The notes below the pieces were generated by a model. That model was not told where the DNA came from and did not search any database. It saw nothing but the letters and a program-made list of their open reading frames with translations. Below are positions 1 to 10,080 of a stretch of DNA of 64,000 nt, piece by piece. Position 1 is the first letter of the stretch. Each line of letters starts with the position of its first letter. The stretch is from an uncultured Bdellovibrionales bacterium (GTDB lineage Bacteria; Patescibacteriota; Minisyncoccia; Moranbacterales; UBA2206): positions 5,303-69,302 of the forward strand of contig CAYLWX010000004.1 of assembly GCA_964387895.1 (NCBI GenBank). The letters run 5' to 3'. Position numbers and translations under genes: made by a program.

Positions 1-455
1 CCGGAATCATGAATATTGTCCTGCACTAAAAATTTACGCAGCAAATTGGCGCCGCGGGAAAATACTTTTTTACTAAGACTGTCTTTTCTCTGCCATCTCC
101 ATCCGGATACCGCGTCAAATCCTTTTTCCATTTCTTCAAGAAGAAGCTTGATGTCCTTTGGATCATTTTGAAGATCTCCGTCCATAGTAATCACCATTTC
201 TCCTCTGGCTTCTTTAATTCCGGCGTCGAACGCGGCCGTTTGCCCGAAGTTTTTGCGAAATTTTATAAGTTTTAAAGGCTTAAGGCCCTCACACTCTTTT
301 ACAGTATTATCTTTTGATCCATCATCAATGAAAAGTACTTCAAAATCTTTTCGCAATTCCCCGCATGCCTCCGTAATTCGGCGATGCAGCTCCCGCACAT
401 TCCCCTCTTCGTTATAAAGCGGCACTACGATAGACAAAAAAGGCCTTTTGGTCAT
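1..455 (-). CDS. GT2 glycosyltransferase, ArnC/polyprenol-phosphate type (runs off the window edge)
   Basis: Not in the ORF track. Hand translation from ATG at 455: MTKRPFLSIVVPLYNEEGNV...IDDGSKD...FRKNFGQTAAFDAG...TMDGDLQNDP. Confidence 0.9.
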   Translation of the reverse strand, partial: MTKRPFLSIVVPLYNEEGNVRELHRRITEACGELRKDFEVLFIDDGSKDNTVKECEGLKPLKLIKFRKNFGQTAAFDAGIKEARGEMVITMDGDLQNDPKDIKLLLEEMEKGFDAVSGWRWQRKDSLSKKVFSRGANLLRKFLVQDNIHDS

Positions 456-530
456 ATGATTTTTTTCAGGGTTTATACTAAATTATTATTCTTATAGTAG
501 CCTATTTTAGTTTCGCGGGCAAATAAGCGC

Positions 531-857
531 TTAAAGTTCTTTTTCCCGCCTTAATTCGTAAATTCCCATGATTACTGTCATCGCGAGAAAATAATAGGCG
601 TAAATCGCGAATTCTTCCGCTCGATCTTTTCTCTCAAGCACCAAAAGAAACGGGGTGGCCGCGAGAAAAATCAGAGCCGGAACAGCTAATATCCGACTGG
701 GAATGTATTCCAAAACAGACCAGATAAAAATTCCGAAGATTACCACTTCCACCACTTCCCAATTGAGATATACCCCGATCGCCATGCCAAATATCGTAAA
801 CGCGATATTGATGTTTCTCTCCGTAAGAATTAATTTTAAATCAATTTTTTCTTCCAT
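531..857 (-). CDS. small membrane protein, hypothetical
   Basis: 108 aa with 3-4 hydrophobic segments. Confidence 0.7.
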   Translation of the reverse strand: MEEKIDLKLILTERNINIAFTIFGMAIGVYLNWEVVEVVIFGIFIWSVLEYIPSRILAVPALIFLAATPFLLVLERKDRAEEFAIYAYYFLAMTVIMGIYELRREKEL

Positions 858-872
858 ATACCTATAATTTGG

Positions 873-950
873 TTAATTAAAATTATCAAAAAGACAGCAA
901 TTGTTTTTTAATAAATTCTTTAAATCGTTCTTAAATTCTTGATATTTCAT
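873..950 (-). pseudogene. possible 5' remnant of an AbiEi-like gene (25 aa)
   Basis: Hand translation MKYQEFKNDLKNLLKNNCCLFDNFN* loosely resembles the start of the AbiEi-like gene at 24212 (MKFIEFRKKIEE). Preceded by TTGACA and short palindromes. Confidence 0.25.
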
Positions 951-1063
951 TTATTTATTAAATTTAATAATCTAATGAAATTAGATCAAACATGTTTCCA
1001 TACTGTCAATCTAAAATAAGGCTTAATTATGAAACTTTTAAAGCTTCTTGACAGAATTATTCC

Positions 1064-2452
1064 CTATTTTACCAATTTATTCTTATCAACTAACACCACA
1101 TTATTTTCTTTTCTTGCTATTTTTATCATGTCTGGCGTAAAACCGCTCTTGCTAAACAAAATAAAATACTCTTTTCGATCGCCTGTTTTCCATTGAACAA
1201 AACTTGATTTCTTTTTTAGATCCAAATAAATATTAGTACCAATTGGTTTTGATGACCATTTACATTCTCCAAAAACAATTTTTTGCTCACGCTCGTTAAT
1301 TCCCATAACATCAACTTCTTTCTCTCTTTCCCACCATCTGCCAACTCTTTCGATTGGAAATAATTCCTTCTCAAAATTAAAAATTAACTCTTGACATACT
1401 TGCTCATAGACAAAAGATTCAAATACAGCAAAAGATTGATCAAATTTATCAAAAACATGGGAGTATTTTCCAATTTCCAAATCACTCTTGAAAGGAAAAA
1501 CGTATTGAAACCAAAAACGAAAAAAATTATCGGAAATTTTATATAAACCTCTTCTGGATTTTCCGGGATTTTTTTCCGTTACTGGAATTTCCTTTTCTAC
1601 CAAGTGAAGCCTTTCCAACGTTGTGAGATATTTTGTAATCACATTTTTTGCGAGTCCCGTATCATTCACAATTTCTCCAAATTTTCGCTTCCCCCATGAG
1701 ATAGCTTTAAGAATTGCAAGATAATTTTTAGGTTCACGCAGTTCCTCCTTAAGCATAAATTCAACCTCATTATGCAAAAACTCAATAGGTGAAAATATCT
1801 TTTTTTCAATATTTTCTCTGAGTGTCATATCCGCGTCAAACTGAATCAAATACGATGGCATTCCATCAGTAATTGAATAGATACTTATAAATTCATCGAA
1901 CTTTTTTTTCGGAAAAAATTTCCAACTATTCTCATAGGTCATCGGATTAACAAGTATTTGTCCTGTTCTTCTGCCAAAAAGCGGCGATTTGTGAATAAGC
2001 GTTTCCGATTCCATTATAGAAATACTTGATCCAAGCAGGATAAAAAATATTTTGCTATTTTTTAAATATTGATCCCAGCCTTTTTGGAATATAGAGCTTA
2101 TCGCGCCATGAGTTTCCACTAAGTATGGATATTCATCAATCGCAATGGCCAATGGCTCGTTTCCTTTGCTGGAAACATATTCAAAAAATTCAATCCAATC
2201 TCGAAAACCATTCCGCGCAAGTATTTTATCATTGAAATAATTACCAATAACTCTTCCCAGTTCTTTTAATTGATCAATGTGGTTTCGCTTATCGGCTAAA
2301 AAATATATAGCCGGCTTATCCTTTAGGAATTGTTTTACCAATTCTGTTTTGCCCACGCGCCTCTTCCCGTAAATAATAAAGAATTGGGATGTTTTTGTTT
2401 CCCATTTTTCATTCAAAGCCTTAAGTTCCCTAATTCTGTTAATAAATTTCAT
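1064..2452 (-). CDS. archaeal-type AAA ATPase with winged helix and C-terminal DUF234/PD-(D/E)xK domain
   Basis: FINRIREL start, Walker A YGKRRVGKT, Walker B IAIDEYPY, wHTH-like segment (FGEIVNDTGLAKNVITKYLTTLERLHLV), DNFFRFWF, GRWW..EVD..GECKW. Confidence 0.85.
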   Translation of the reverse strand: MKFINRIRELKALNEKWETKTSQFFIIYGKRRVGKTELVKQFLKDKPAIYFLADKRNHIDQLKELGRVIGNYFNDKILARNGFRDWIEFFEYVSSKGNEPLAIAIDEYPYLVETHGAISSIFQKGWDQYLKNSKIFFILLGSSISIMESETLIHKSPLFGRRTGQILVNPMTYENSWKFFPKKKFDEFISIYSITDGMPSYLIQFDADMTLRENIEKKIFSPIEFLHNEVEFMLKEELREPKNYLAILKAISWGKRKFGEIVNDTGLAKNVITKYLTTLERLHLVEKEIPVTEKNPGKSRRGLYKISDNFFRFWFQYVFPFKSDLEIGKYSHVFDKFDQSFAVFESFVYEQVCQELIFNFEKELFPIERVGRWWEREKEVDVMGINEREQKIVFGECKWSSKPIGTNIYLDLKKKSSFVQWKTGDRKEYFILFSKSGFTPDMIKIARKENNVVLVDKNKLVK

Positions 2453-2473
2453 ATTTATGGGATCTTTATAAAT

Positions 2474-2518
2474 TAGTATACTTATGATTAGTATAATCTA
2501 AAGTATACTAGCTGTCAA
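2474..2518 (-). promoter_or_regulatory. sigma70 promoter with overlapping inverted-repeat operator
   Basis: TTGACA (2518-2513), 17 bp, TATACT (2495-2490). TAGTATACTT (2474-2483) and AAGTATACTA (2501-2510) are exact reverse complements. Confidence 0.7.
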
Positions 2519-2533
2519 ATTTTTCTACTTCAG

Positions 2534-4735
2534 TTAAAAAATAAGTTGCCTTTTCTTCCATATAACTACAATATATCCAATTAAGCCTAAAACCGCAAAG
2601 GAGCTTATGGCCATGCCGTAATAGGCCAGTCTCATGGGATAGTATTCAATGATAATTTTTGATATTTTTTCAGGATTATCCACCTTCCATCCATTGGCAT
2701 ATCCGATAGCTTTAAAATGATCTTTCAAAGAAATTCTATTTCCCGATTGAGTGACCGCGTACGCGTCCCAATTTGGATCGTACGGCTCCGCGAAAATTAA
2801 ATTACGCGCGTCTTTTTGCAGGTTTTTTCCGTCCACTTCGTATTTTTTGGGGTTGATGATCTTAAATTCAGCGGGAGTTGAATCGTTTTTTATTTCTAAA
2901 AAATTTCTATCCACCGACCCAGAATTAGCCTCCACGTCAATCTGTTTTTGCTCCCATCTTATCAATGGAAGAAGATAGGCGCTGTCTATTTTATATAAAG
3001 TAAAGTAATCGTTTTTATCCACGGGCGTTATTATTTTTTTCTCTTCCAGCTCTTTCATTTGATCCGCGGTGTTTTCCAAAAATTGAGGATCCACGTCTTT
3101 GTGAAAGATGATATACTTCGCGTTCATAAATCCCAGCAATTTTACAACCCATTCCGGATCGCGGTCTGACTCGGAAAAATCTTTGGCAAACAGCCAGTCG
3201 TTGAAATAAAACGAATTCGCGTCAATAAATTTTTTATTGTAAAGTTCCCGCGTAATGTCCGTTCCGACCAGTTTCCATTTCGGATAATTTGACCATCCAA
3301 TGCTGTCAATTGCATTATACGGCAGCGCCGCTATTTTTACTATATCCTGATCGGAGTTTATGACTTTTTGAATATGGTAGTATTCATCAGGGATTTTTAC
3401 TAAAAAAGAATATTTAGCTTTTTGATAATCTTTCTCTTCTACCTTAATGGTATCTCGCACAAAAATGGCACTCATGTTTTGCTGCAATTTTCCTAAATAA
3501 AATGGCAATGGAGTAGCCAGGACAATAATTAAAAATAACCCGGGAATTATATTTCCATAAGCGTTAAATTTTTCTTGCGTATACAATGCCCAATTTTTTG
3601 CCGAAATAAGCAAAAGCACAGCGAATACAAAAGGAGTGTAAATAGCAAATTTTTCATACCCTCGCAAGGTATTAAACCCCCATATGTGATAGAAAAGATT
3701 GTTTATAATCTCGAAAGGCGAACGAACTTTGGCTATTAGCATAACGAGAACCAGTAGTACCGCGGAAAAGATAATAAAATATTTTTTATCCCTCTCTTCA
3801 AATCTTTTATATATAAACCAACCAGAAGCGATAAAAAACGCGGGTAGTATGCTTAAAATTATAAAAACAACCTGATACTTAAATAGAAACGCGTAAGGAA
3901 AATTATCCGGAAAATACCAATTGCTGTATTGCGAAAGACGAAAAGTATCCACTAGCGGATTAGACGTATGCTGGAGCCACCAATCAAGATCAATGATATT
4001 ACCCGAATATAAATTTTCCACACCCCCTTTCATTTGAGGAATCAGAGGCAAAATTAAATACGCCAGAACAAAGAAAGAACCTGCCGCCAGTCCACCAATT
4101 TTTTGGAAACTGATTTTATTCCATTTAAAAAATTTGAATAAACCCAATAACATTGTAAGCACGAGCAGAATGATACCGAATGAAAGCGAGAACGCCGGAT
4201 TGCCAAATCCGGAAGAAGAAAAAAAGATAGTAATTAAAAAAAGAGCGCCCCAAATATTTTTTTGGGTAGTGATGAATTTTATATAGAAAGCAACAAGAAG
4301 CGGAATGAAAATATATAAATATTGATACGCAGAATAACCCCAGCTATAAGAAAAAATATAAAGTGTATAGAGATTAAGAGCATAAAACAATGCAACTAAC
4401 ATCTTCAACAGACTACTTGTTTTTTTAAATAATATTTTGATAAATAAATAAAAAGAAGCATAGGATCCAAACAAAAATAACCCTAAATAGAAAGAGAGTT
4501 GCCTAGTATCGCCTACCCCAATTTTATCCAAAATCCAGAAAAAGGAATAAAAAATATTAAGTCTTCCTTGCCACTCGTAAAAAAAACTTTTTAAATTTTC
4601 AGATGCATGAATGAGTTGTGCCATATCCCCTCCCGTCAACACATACCCCGCTGGAAATAAATTTACAATTACCACAAAAAACAAAACGACAAAACCAGCT
4701 AAAAAAAATCCTTTTTCTTTTATAAATATTTTCAT
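2534..4735 (-). CDS. polytopic membrane protein, GT-C/AftD/YfhO-like
   Basis: About 12 TM segments, GGD near the N-terminus, C-terminal 'FAEPYDPNW...HFKAIGYANGW' motif followed by a last TM. Confidence 0.65.
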   Translation of the reverse strand: MKIFIKEKGFFLAGFVVLFFVVIVNLFPAGYVLTGGDMAQLIHASENLKSFFYEWQGRLNIFYSFFWILDKIGVGDTRQLSFYLGLFLFGSYASFYLFIKILFKKTSSLLKMLVALFYALNLYTLYIFSYSWGYSAYQYLYIFIPLLVAFYIKFITTQKNIWGALFLITIFFSSSGFGNPAFSLSFGIILLVLTMLLGLFKFFKWNKISFQKIGGLAAGSFFVLAYLILPLIPQMKGGVENLYSGNIIDLDWWLQHTSNPLVDTFRLSQYSNWYFPDNFPYAFLFKYQVVFIILSILPAFFIASGWFIYKRFEERDKKYFIIFSAVLLVLVMLIAKVRSPFEIINNLFYHIWGFNTLRGYEKFAIYTPFVFAVLLLISAKNWALYTQEKFNAYGNIIPGLFLIIVLATPLPFYLGKLQQNMSAIFVRDTIKVEEKDYQKAKYSFLVKIPDEYYHIQKVINSDQDIVKIAALPYNAIDSIGWSNYPKWKLVGTDITRELYNKKFIDANSFYFNDWLFAKDFSESDRDPEWVVKLLGFMNAKYIIFHKDVDPQFLENTADQMKELEEKKIITPVDKNDYFTLYKIDSAYLLPLIRWEQKQIDVEANSGSVDRNFLEIKNDSTPAEFKIINPKKYEVDGKNLQKDARNLIFAEPYDPNWDAYAVTQSGNRISLKDHFKAIGYANGWKVDNPEKISKIIIEYYPMRLAYYGMAISSFAVLGLIGYIVVIWKKRQLIF

Positions 4736-6231
4736 TTCAATATTAATTCTTCTGTAACTTTAAAATTCCTTAGGCCAAAAAGTTTAACTTCTTTATTATC
4801 AAACTTATCATAAGTTATTTTTACATAAAGATACTTTCCAACGCCTTCGCTTGTGATAGTGCCGTTGAATTTTTGAATTGAATTTTCTTTTCCTTCTCCA
4901 GTGTATGGTAAATCTATCCAATTCTGGTTATCAAAAGAATAAGAAATAACCGCTCGATACCATCCAGCATACATTTGCTCGGCCGTTACCATTATTTTTT
5001 TTATATTATACGGAGTATAGAGTTTATACACATAACTCGCGTTGTCTTTTGGATTTCCAGAAATAATTCCTTCATAATCATTAAACCAGATATTTTTTTT
5101 GTCATAATAAAATAAATCTAACAAATCCATAAAGTTACCCCTAGATTGATATTCATAAATTCCCTCTCCTTCTCCTACGTCTTCAATTCTTGCGTCAGTC
5201 AATATTTTTTCTCCATCGACCTGATCAAATACCGGGGTGTAAATAGTAAAAAAAAGATCTCCTATATCAGCCAATATTTTTTTATGATACACCACCGCGT
5301 TTCCTTTTGGATACGCGTCTTTGTTTATGGTTCCCTTCAATTCGATGTAACTGGATCCATTATCGTCTAAAGAATTGTCTATCCCGACAAAATACAGCTG
5401 ACCTCTTTTCAACGAACTAACCAGGGGGAAAAGAGTTACCCCGGAATCATCCGTATAGCTTGCCACTTCATCCGTCGTAAAATCTCTATACGCCAGAATA
5501 TCAGAGCTTAATGAAACACTTCCATCTTTTTGAGCAACTTCCCTTAATTCCAACCTGTACTTACCGGGACCGCTTCCTCCCTTTTTAATCATAAACGAAA
5601 CTCCACTCATCAAATAGTCTTCGGCTTTGAATACTTGCCCCACTTTTGTTCCACTTTCCCGGAGCTGTAAAAAATAATTGCCCCATTCTTTTACCTGCCG
5701 CGTTTCAGACTCAATGATTTTAGTATTTCCAAGGACTACAGGTCTTAACCGATTTAACTCCGCTTCGGAGCTTACACCCAATCGGGATACCTGAATATCT
5801 TTAATAAAAATTTTAGAAGAGTCTTCCTTGTCATTTTTTTCAAATAATAAATCTTCATACGAGTCATCGGATTTAAAGACTATCTCTTTAAAAATATAAT
5901 CTCCGGATTTATTCAGGTTTTCGGAGAAAACTTTTTGCCTGCGATCAAACTTGGATATAAGAAAGATTGAAACATTAGAATCATGGCCTGATTTCCATTT
6001 AAAAGTAAGCCTGTAATAATCATTTCTTCTTGAATTTATAAAATCATTTACTTTGTACTCTTTCTCATCTTTGTCTATTTCTGGCTTCGCTTTATTTTGG
6101 ATGTTTAAGATTTTACCATTATTATTACTATCTTCAATTTTAGGTGGTTTTTTCCCGGACAATACAGCGCCAATTATGATTATTAGCACAAGCGGATATT
6201 TCAAATATTTTTTTATAAATAATTTATTCAT
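4732..6231 (-). CDS. membrane-anchored extracellular protein, probably beta-rich/carbohydrate-binding
   Basis: N-terminal TM and large soluble region; overlaps both neighbours. Confidence 0.6.
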   Translation of the reverse strand: MNKLFIKKYLKYPLVLIIIIGAVLSGKKPPKIEDSNNNGKILNIQNKAKPEIDKDEKEYKVNDFINSRRNDYYRLTFKWKSGHDSNVSIFLISKFDRRQKVFSENLNKSGDYIFKEIVFKSDDSYEDLLFEKNDKEDSSKIFIKDIQVSRLGVSSEAELNRLRPVVLGNTKIIESETRQVKEWGNYFLQLRESGTKVGQVFKAEDYLMSGVSFMIKKGGSGPGKYRLELREVAQKDGSVSLSSDILAYRDFTTDEVASYTDDSGVTLFPLVSSLKRGQLYFVGIDNSLDDNGSSYIELKGTINKDAYPKGNAVVYHKKILADIGDLFFTIYTPVFDQVDGEKILTDARIEDVGEGEGIYEYQSRGNFMDLLDLFYYDKKNIWFNDYEGIISGNPKDNASYVYKLYTPYNIKKIMVTAEQMYAGWYRAVISYSFDNQNWIDLPYTGEGKENSIQKFNGTITSEGVGKYLYVKITYDKFDNKEVKLFGLRNFKVTEELILK

Positions 6232-8905
6232 GTCGCTTTAAAACCCTTAAGTTCTTAACAATAACATACCATAAACAAACTATTAAGGTGCTAAAAGAAA
6301 CAAGAGTTGCAAAGTAAAAATATTTTTGGGGAGTAAAGAAAATAACTAATTTTAAATCATATGTTCCATCAGTGTTTACTTTGCATGAAGAAGGATGGCT
6401 TTTGCATATAGCCTCTGGATTTACTACGAATAAATTTGAATACCCATTCGCGTAAAAGTGATCCGTGTCTATTTTGCTTCCCATAAGAACTCCAAATAAA
6501 GAACTCGCTTTCAAATTATCATTTTGTATTGATTTAGAATATTCTTTTGAAATAAATTTATTTCCTATGCTAGAAATTTTACTATCTTTTTCATATTGTT
6601 CCGCTTCTTTTTCTGACGCTTGTCTCGAAAAACAATCAGTCGCATCCTCTAAGCAATTATAACCATTTGTCTTATCTTCAAAAAAACCTAAATCGGAGCT
6701 ATAAATATTCCATCCATTGTCATAAGTTTCACTAAAAATAATTGGAACGCTACTAGCACTGGCCCCATGCAAAAATACCTCATACTTGATTGGAGATGTC
6801 TTTTTAAACTCAATATTGGCTCGATTAAGCTCGCTATCATATATAGACATATCTTCAAAATCATTATTTTGATTTACTTCAGAAGAATTGTTTTTTACTG
6901 CCTGTATTTTGGGAGAATCTATCGGAGACGCGTAATCAAGAGAGAGCGAATTTTTATAATTAAAAAGAATTTTTTTCTCGTTTTTTAATGGGAAATTAAA
7001 ATTATTTTTATTTTGTTCCTCAAAAATTATGCCCAAGTCTTTGGTTTTTTCACTATGTAATAATTCCGAAATAATAAATGGTGAATTGGTGGTTAAGCTA
7101 TGATTAGGCGTATCGCGTTTTATAAATTTAATATTTGCAGGAGAAAAAATTTGTTGGTTAAAATATTTATCAGGTATCTCATAGAGATAAATATCTCCAA
7201 ACCTTGCCACTTCTTTAAAAAATGATCCCCCACCCTTTATATTGGATTCGGTGGTTATTCTGGTGCCTTCATTAAAATCCAAAAATGAATCAATATCATC
7301 TTGCAATGAAACAAAGCCAACATTTTTAAAAGAAAAAAGATACCCCAATTTATCAAAATTCTGATTTATAATAAAAGAAGTGGCTAAATTATTATAATTT
7401 TGCCATTCCTGATCCTGCGTGTATGAAGCGCCATTAGTAAATACTCTGCCATTATAAAAAAGGGGGAAGATATTTTCAGTATCCTTTTCTTTAGTTCTCC
7501 ATTTATATGTTACCAGCCAATTTGTTTGAGGCGCTATCATAGTATTAGCATTCAGCGGCTGTATAAATTTATCTCTCATTTCAAAGTAATAGTTAGGCAC
7601 CTTTTCCTGTAGTAAGAATTTATTTTTCATTTCAGGAGTATAGTAAATAATAATCGGAAAAATTACTAGGATCGCCGAAGCAATTTTTATATACCGTTTA
7701 TTAGTACAAGTAATTAAACATAAGAGGAAAACCCCTAAAAGATAAGAAACTGCGTACAGATTAATAAACATTAACTTAGTGAAAGTTCTGAAAGTTTGCG
7801 CCAGTGGTACGTAATTCCAAAATAACAAAAATACCCTTTCAAATGGAGCCTTATTGCCATTTAAAACTGGGAACGTGATGATAAATAATAATAAACAAAA
7901 AAAAATTCCCTTTTTATATTTTTTCTCCTTATTTATAAAAATACTGGAAAAGGCAGCAATCGCAACAATATAACTGGAAAATAATAAAATTATATTGGTG
8001 TTATAATAAGCTAAAGGAGATTCGCCGCTACCGAAATAATAAGGTACAATCCTAAAAAAATTGACGACATTAGTTAGCTTAGTAATCAGGTTGGCGACAT
8101 CAATGCTGGCAGTAGATTGTATAGCTGTATCAAAGAAATTTCCTGAACTACCCAACATTTGGTAAACCAAAAGGTATATCCAGGAAATATTAAGCAAGAT
8201 ATAACAAAAACTGAGTGCCAAAAAATTTTTAAATAAAAAAACTTTATTACGATAAATATGCCTGAAATTAAATAAAAGAAAAAAAGGAAGCATGTATAGA
8301 TATAAAAAGAAGTTTTGGAGGTATATATTTGCCAAAGTGATAAATATACTCGCAATTATCACCCTCTTCCACATTATTTCTTTTTTTTGGTTGGAAAAAA
8401 ATACATCATACAGGTAGATAAAAGAAAAATTTATAAAAGCAAGAGAATAAATCAGCAATATGCCGCTATAGTACGTATGAGTAATAGGACTGACCAATGC
8501 GAATATCCCAATTACAAAAGCAATGAAATCGTTCTTGAATATTTTCTTATAGAAATAAAAAAACGACAAAGAAAAAAGATAAAAACCAAGGAAAGAATAA
8601 AAATAACTGTGCAGATTTAAGTTGAAAATAAAGCGGCTGGCAATGATAAAAAACGAAAAGATATAATTCTGAAAGATTCCATAATTAGTCGCTCCGCTAT
8701 TGTACAAATCGCTCCATATAGCAAGCGATCCATATACTTTTTCTGGATAAAATATATAGGATGTTTGCACATCCCCAAAATACAGAAGTCCTTTTCCCGG
8801 CACCCCCCATATAACAAAACAAAATCCGAATAGTATAATAGGATAAATCCAAGCAGTTTTTTCTTTAAGAAAAGATTTTATTATAATGAATTTATCCCTT
8901 ATCAT
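6224..8905 (-). CDS. polytopic membrane protein, GT-C/AftD/YfhO-like (paralogue of 2534..4735)
   Basis: Multi-TM N-half with FGD; C-terminal 'FSETYDNGW...HFYANGYSN' motif and terminal TM. Confidence 0.65.
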   Translation of the reverse strand: MIRDKFIIIKSFLKEKTAWIYPIILFGFCFVIWGVPGKGLLYFGDVQTSYIFYPEKVYGSLAIWSDLYNSGATNYGIFQNYIFSFFIIASRFIFNLNLHSYFYSFLGFYLFSLSFFYFYKKIFKNDFIAFVIGIFALVSPITHTYYSGILLIYSLAFINFSFIYLYDVFFSNQKKEIMWKRVIIASIFITLANIYLQNFFLYLYMLPFFLLFNFRHIYRNKVFLFKNFLALSFCYILLNISWIYLLVYQMLGSSGNFFDTAIQSTASIDVANLITKLTNVVNFFRIVPYYFGSGESPLAYYNTNIILLFSSYIVAIAAFSSIFINKEKKYKKGIFFCLLLFIITFPVLNGNKAPFERVFLLFWNYVPLAQTFRTFTKLMFINLYAVSYLLGVFLLCLITCTNKRYIKIASAILVIFPIIIYYTPEMKNKFLLQEKVPNYYFEMRDKFIQPLNANTMIAPQTNWLVTYKWRTKEKDTENIFPLFYNGRVFTNGASYTQDQEWQNYNNLATSFIINQNFDKLGYLFSFKNVGFVSLQDDIDSFLDFNEGTRITTESNIKGGGSFFKEVARFGDIYLYEIPDKYFNQQIFSPANIKFIKRDTPNHSLTTNSPFIISELLHSEKTKDLGIIFEEQNKNNFNFPLKNEKKILFNYKNSLSLDYASPIDSPKIQAVKNNSSEVNQNNDFEDMSIYDSELNRANIEFKKTSPIKYEVFLHGASASSVPIIFSETYDNGWNIYSSDLGFFEDKTNGYNCLEDATDCFSRQASEKEAEQYEKDSKISSIGNKFISKEYSKSIQNDNLKASSLFGVLMGSKIDTDHFYANGYSNLFVVNPEAICKSHPSSCKVNTDGTYDLKLVIFFTPQKYFYFATLVSFSTLIVCLWYVIVKNLRVLKRHE

Positions 8906-10080
8906 AGTCGTTCATAAAAGCTTGCAAGAACTCCCCCTAAAGTATTCCATGCAAGATCTTTTTTTGCTTTTTTCATTTTTTCTCTAATTTCTCTCTGTTT
9001 TTGAGGATTATTTAAAAAGCTAACCACCCTATTCGCCAGATCGTCAAGGCTGGAACCAATGATGGCACATTCATGCTTTCGCAAAATACGACAGGCTTCC
9101 GTATCAGTATTATTAGTCATTATAGGAACTCCTCCATTTATAAATGTTCCGAGACGCGTAGGAAAACAGGCTTTTTCAAGAGTTGAATCTCCCATAGTAA
9201 AGAGAATGCAGTCCGCCGCCCCAAGATACAATGATAGTTTCTCTTTATCCAAATAGCCAATGTTAGTTATTTTTGAAAACATTTCAGACCTGAATTTCTC
9301 TCCTTTTGCCTGTTCCTTAATTATTTTTTTAGGATCATTGTTGAAATAAAGATCGATTGTGCTATCCATAAGGTTGATCTTTTCAAAAACACGAAACAGA
9401 TAAATGGTCCGTTCGCGAAAGAAAGTATTGCCAAAAGTCAAAATAATTTTTTTATCATCGGGAAGACCTAGTCTTGTACGCGCTTCCCTTCGTTCCATAG
9501 GAGTAAATTGCTCTTCGTATATACCATTAATGATTTTCAGCCTGTTTTTTATTCCTATTTTTTCAAGTTCCTTCATAAGAAAATCACTTGTCGCCGTGGC
9601 ATTTTTGGAAAGCTTTTGGAGATGATATTCACAGAACTTGAGATAAGCACGAACCAATGGGTTATTATACGCCGGTACATGGATATGGGCGTCCGTCCAA
9701 TAGTCATCCCAATCTACAACAATTCTTTTTTTTAGCATAGTCGCTAAAAGAAAAGGAATATTTGATTCCATCTGAACAATAGTAAAGGAGTGGATAATAT
9801 AGTATTTTTTAAAAAGAACAAAAAAAGTAGCAATAATACCACGCATAATCCGCCCTGTGAGGAAGTGATTTATTTGGATTCTGGGCAATTCATATTGCCA
9901 GAGATTTTCATTGATCTTAGTTTTTCGGATTCTCAGATCAAATTTTCTCGGGCTTGAGACTAAAAGATCCACATGGTAACCTCTCTGTGACATTGCCCGC
10001 GCTAAACCAATAGCCCGGATATACCCGCCAAAATCAACGTAACATGGTTCAATAAAAAGTATCCTTTTTTTATTGGTCAT
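8902..10080 (-). CDS. GT4-family glycosyltransferase
   Basis: GT-B-like pattern: GGYIR..LARAM...GYHVDL, DWDD, YLGAAD...FPTRL. Confidence 0.8.
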   Translation of the reverse strand: MTNKKRILFIEPCYVDFGGYIRAIGLARAMSQRGYHVDLLVSSPRKFDLRIRKTKINENLWQYELPRIQINHFLTGRIMRGIIATFFVLFKKYYIIHSFTIVQMESNIPFLLATMLKKRIVVDWDDYWTDAHIHVPAYNNPLVRAYLKFCEYHLQKLSKNATATSDFLMKELEKIGIKNRLKIINGIYEEQFTPMERREARTRLGLPDDKKIILTFGNTFFRERTIYLFRVFEKINLMDSTIDLYFNNDPKKIIKEQAKGEKFRSEMFSKITNIGYLDKEKLSLYLGAADCILFTMGDSTLEKACFPTRLGTFINGGVPIMTNNTDTEACRILRKHECAIIGSSLDDLANRVVSFLNNPQKQREIREKMKKAKKDLAWNTLGGVLASFYERL

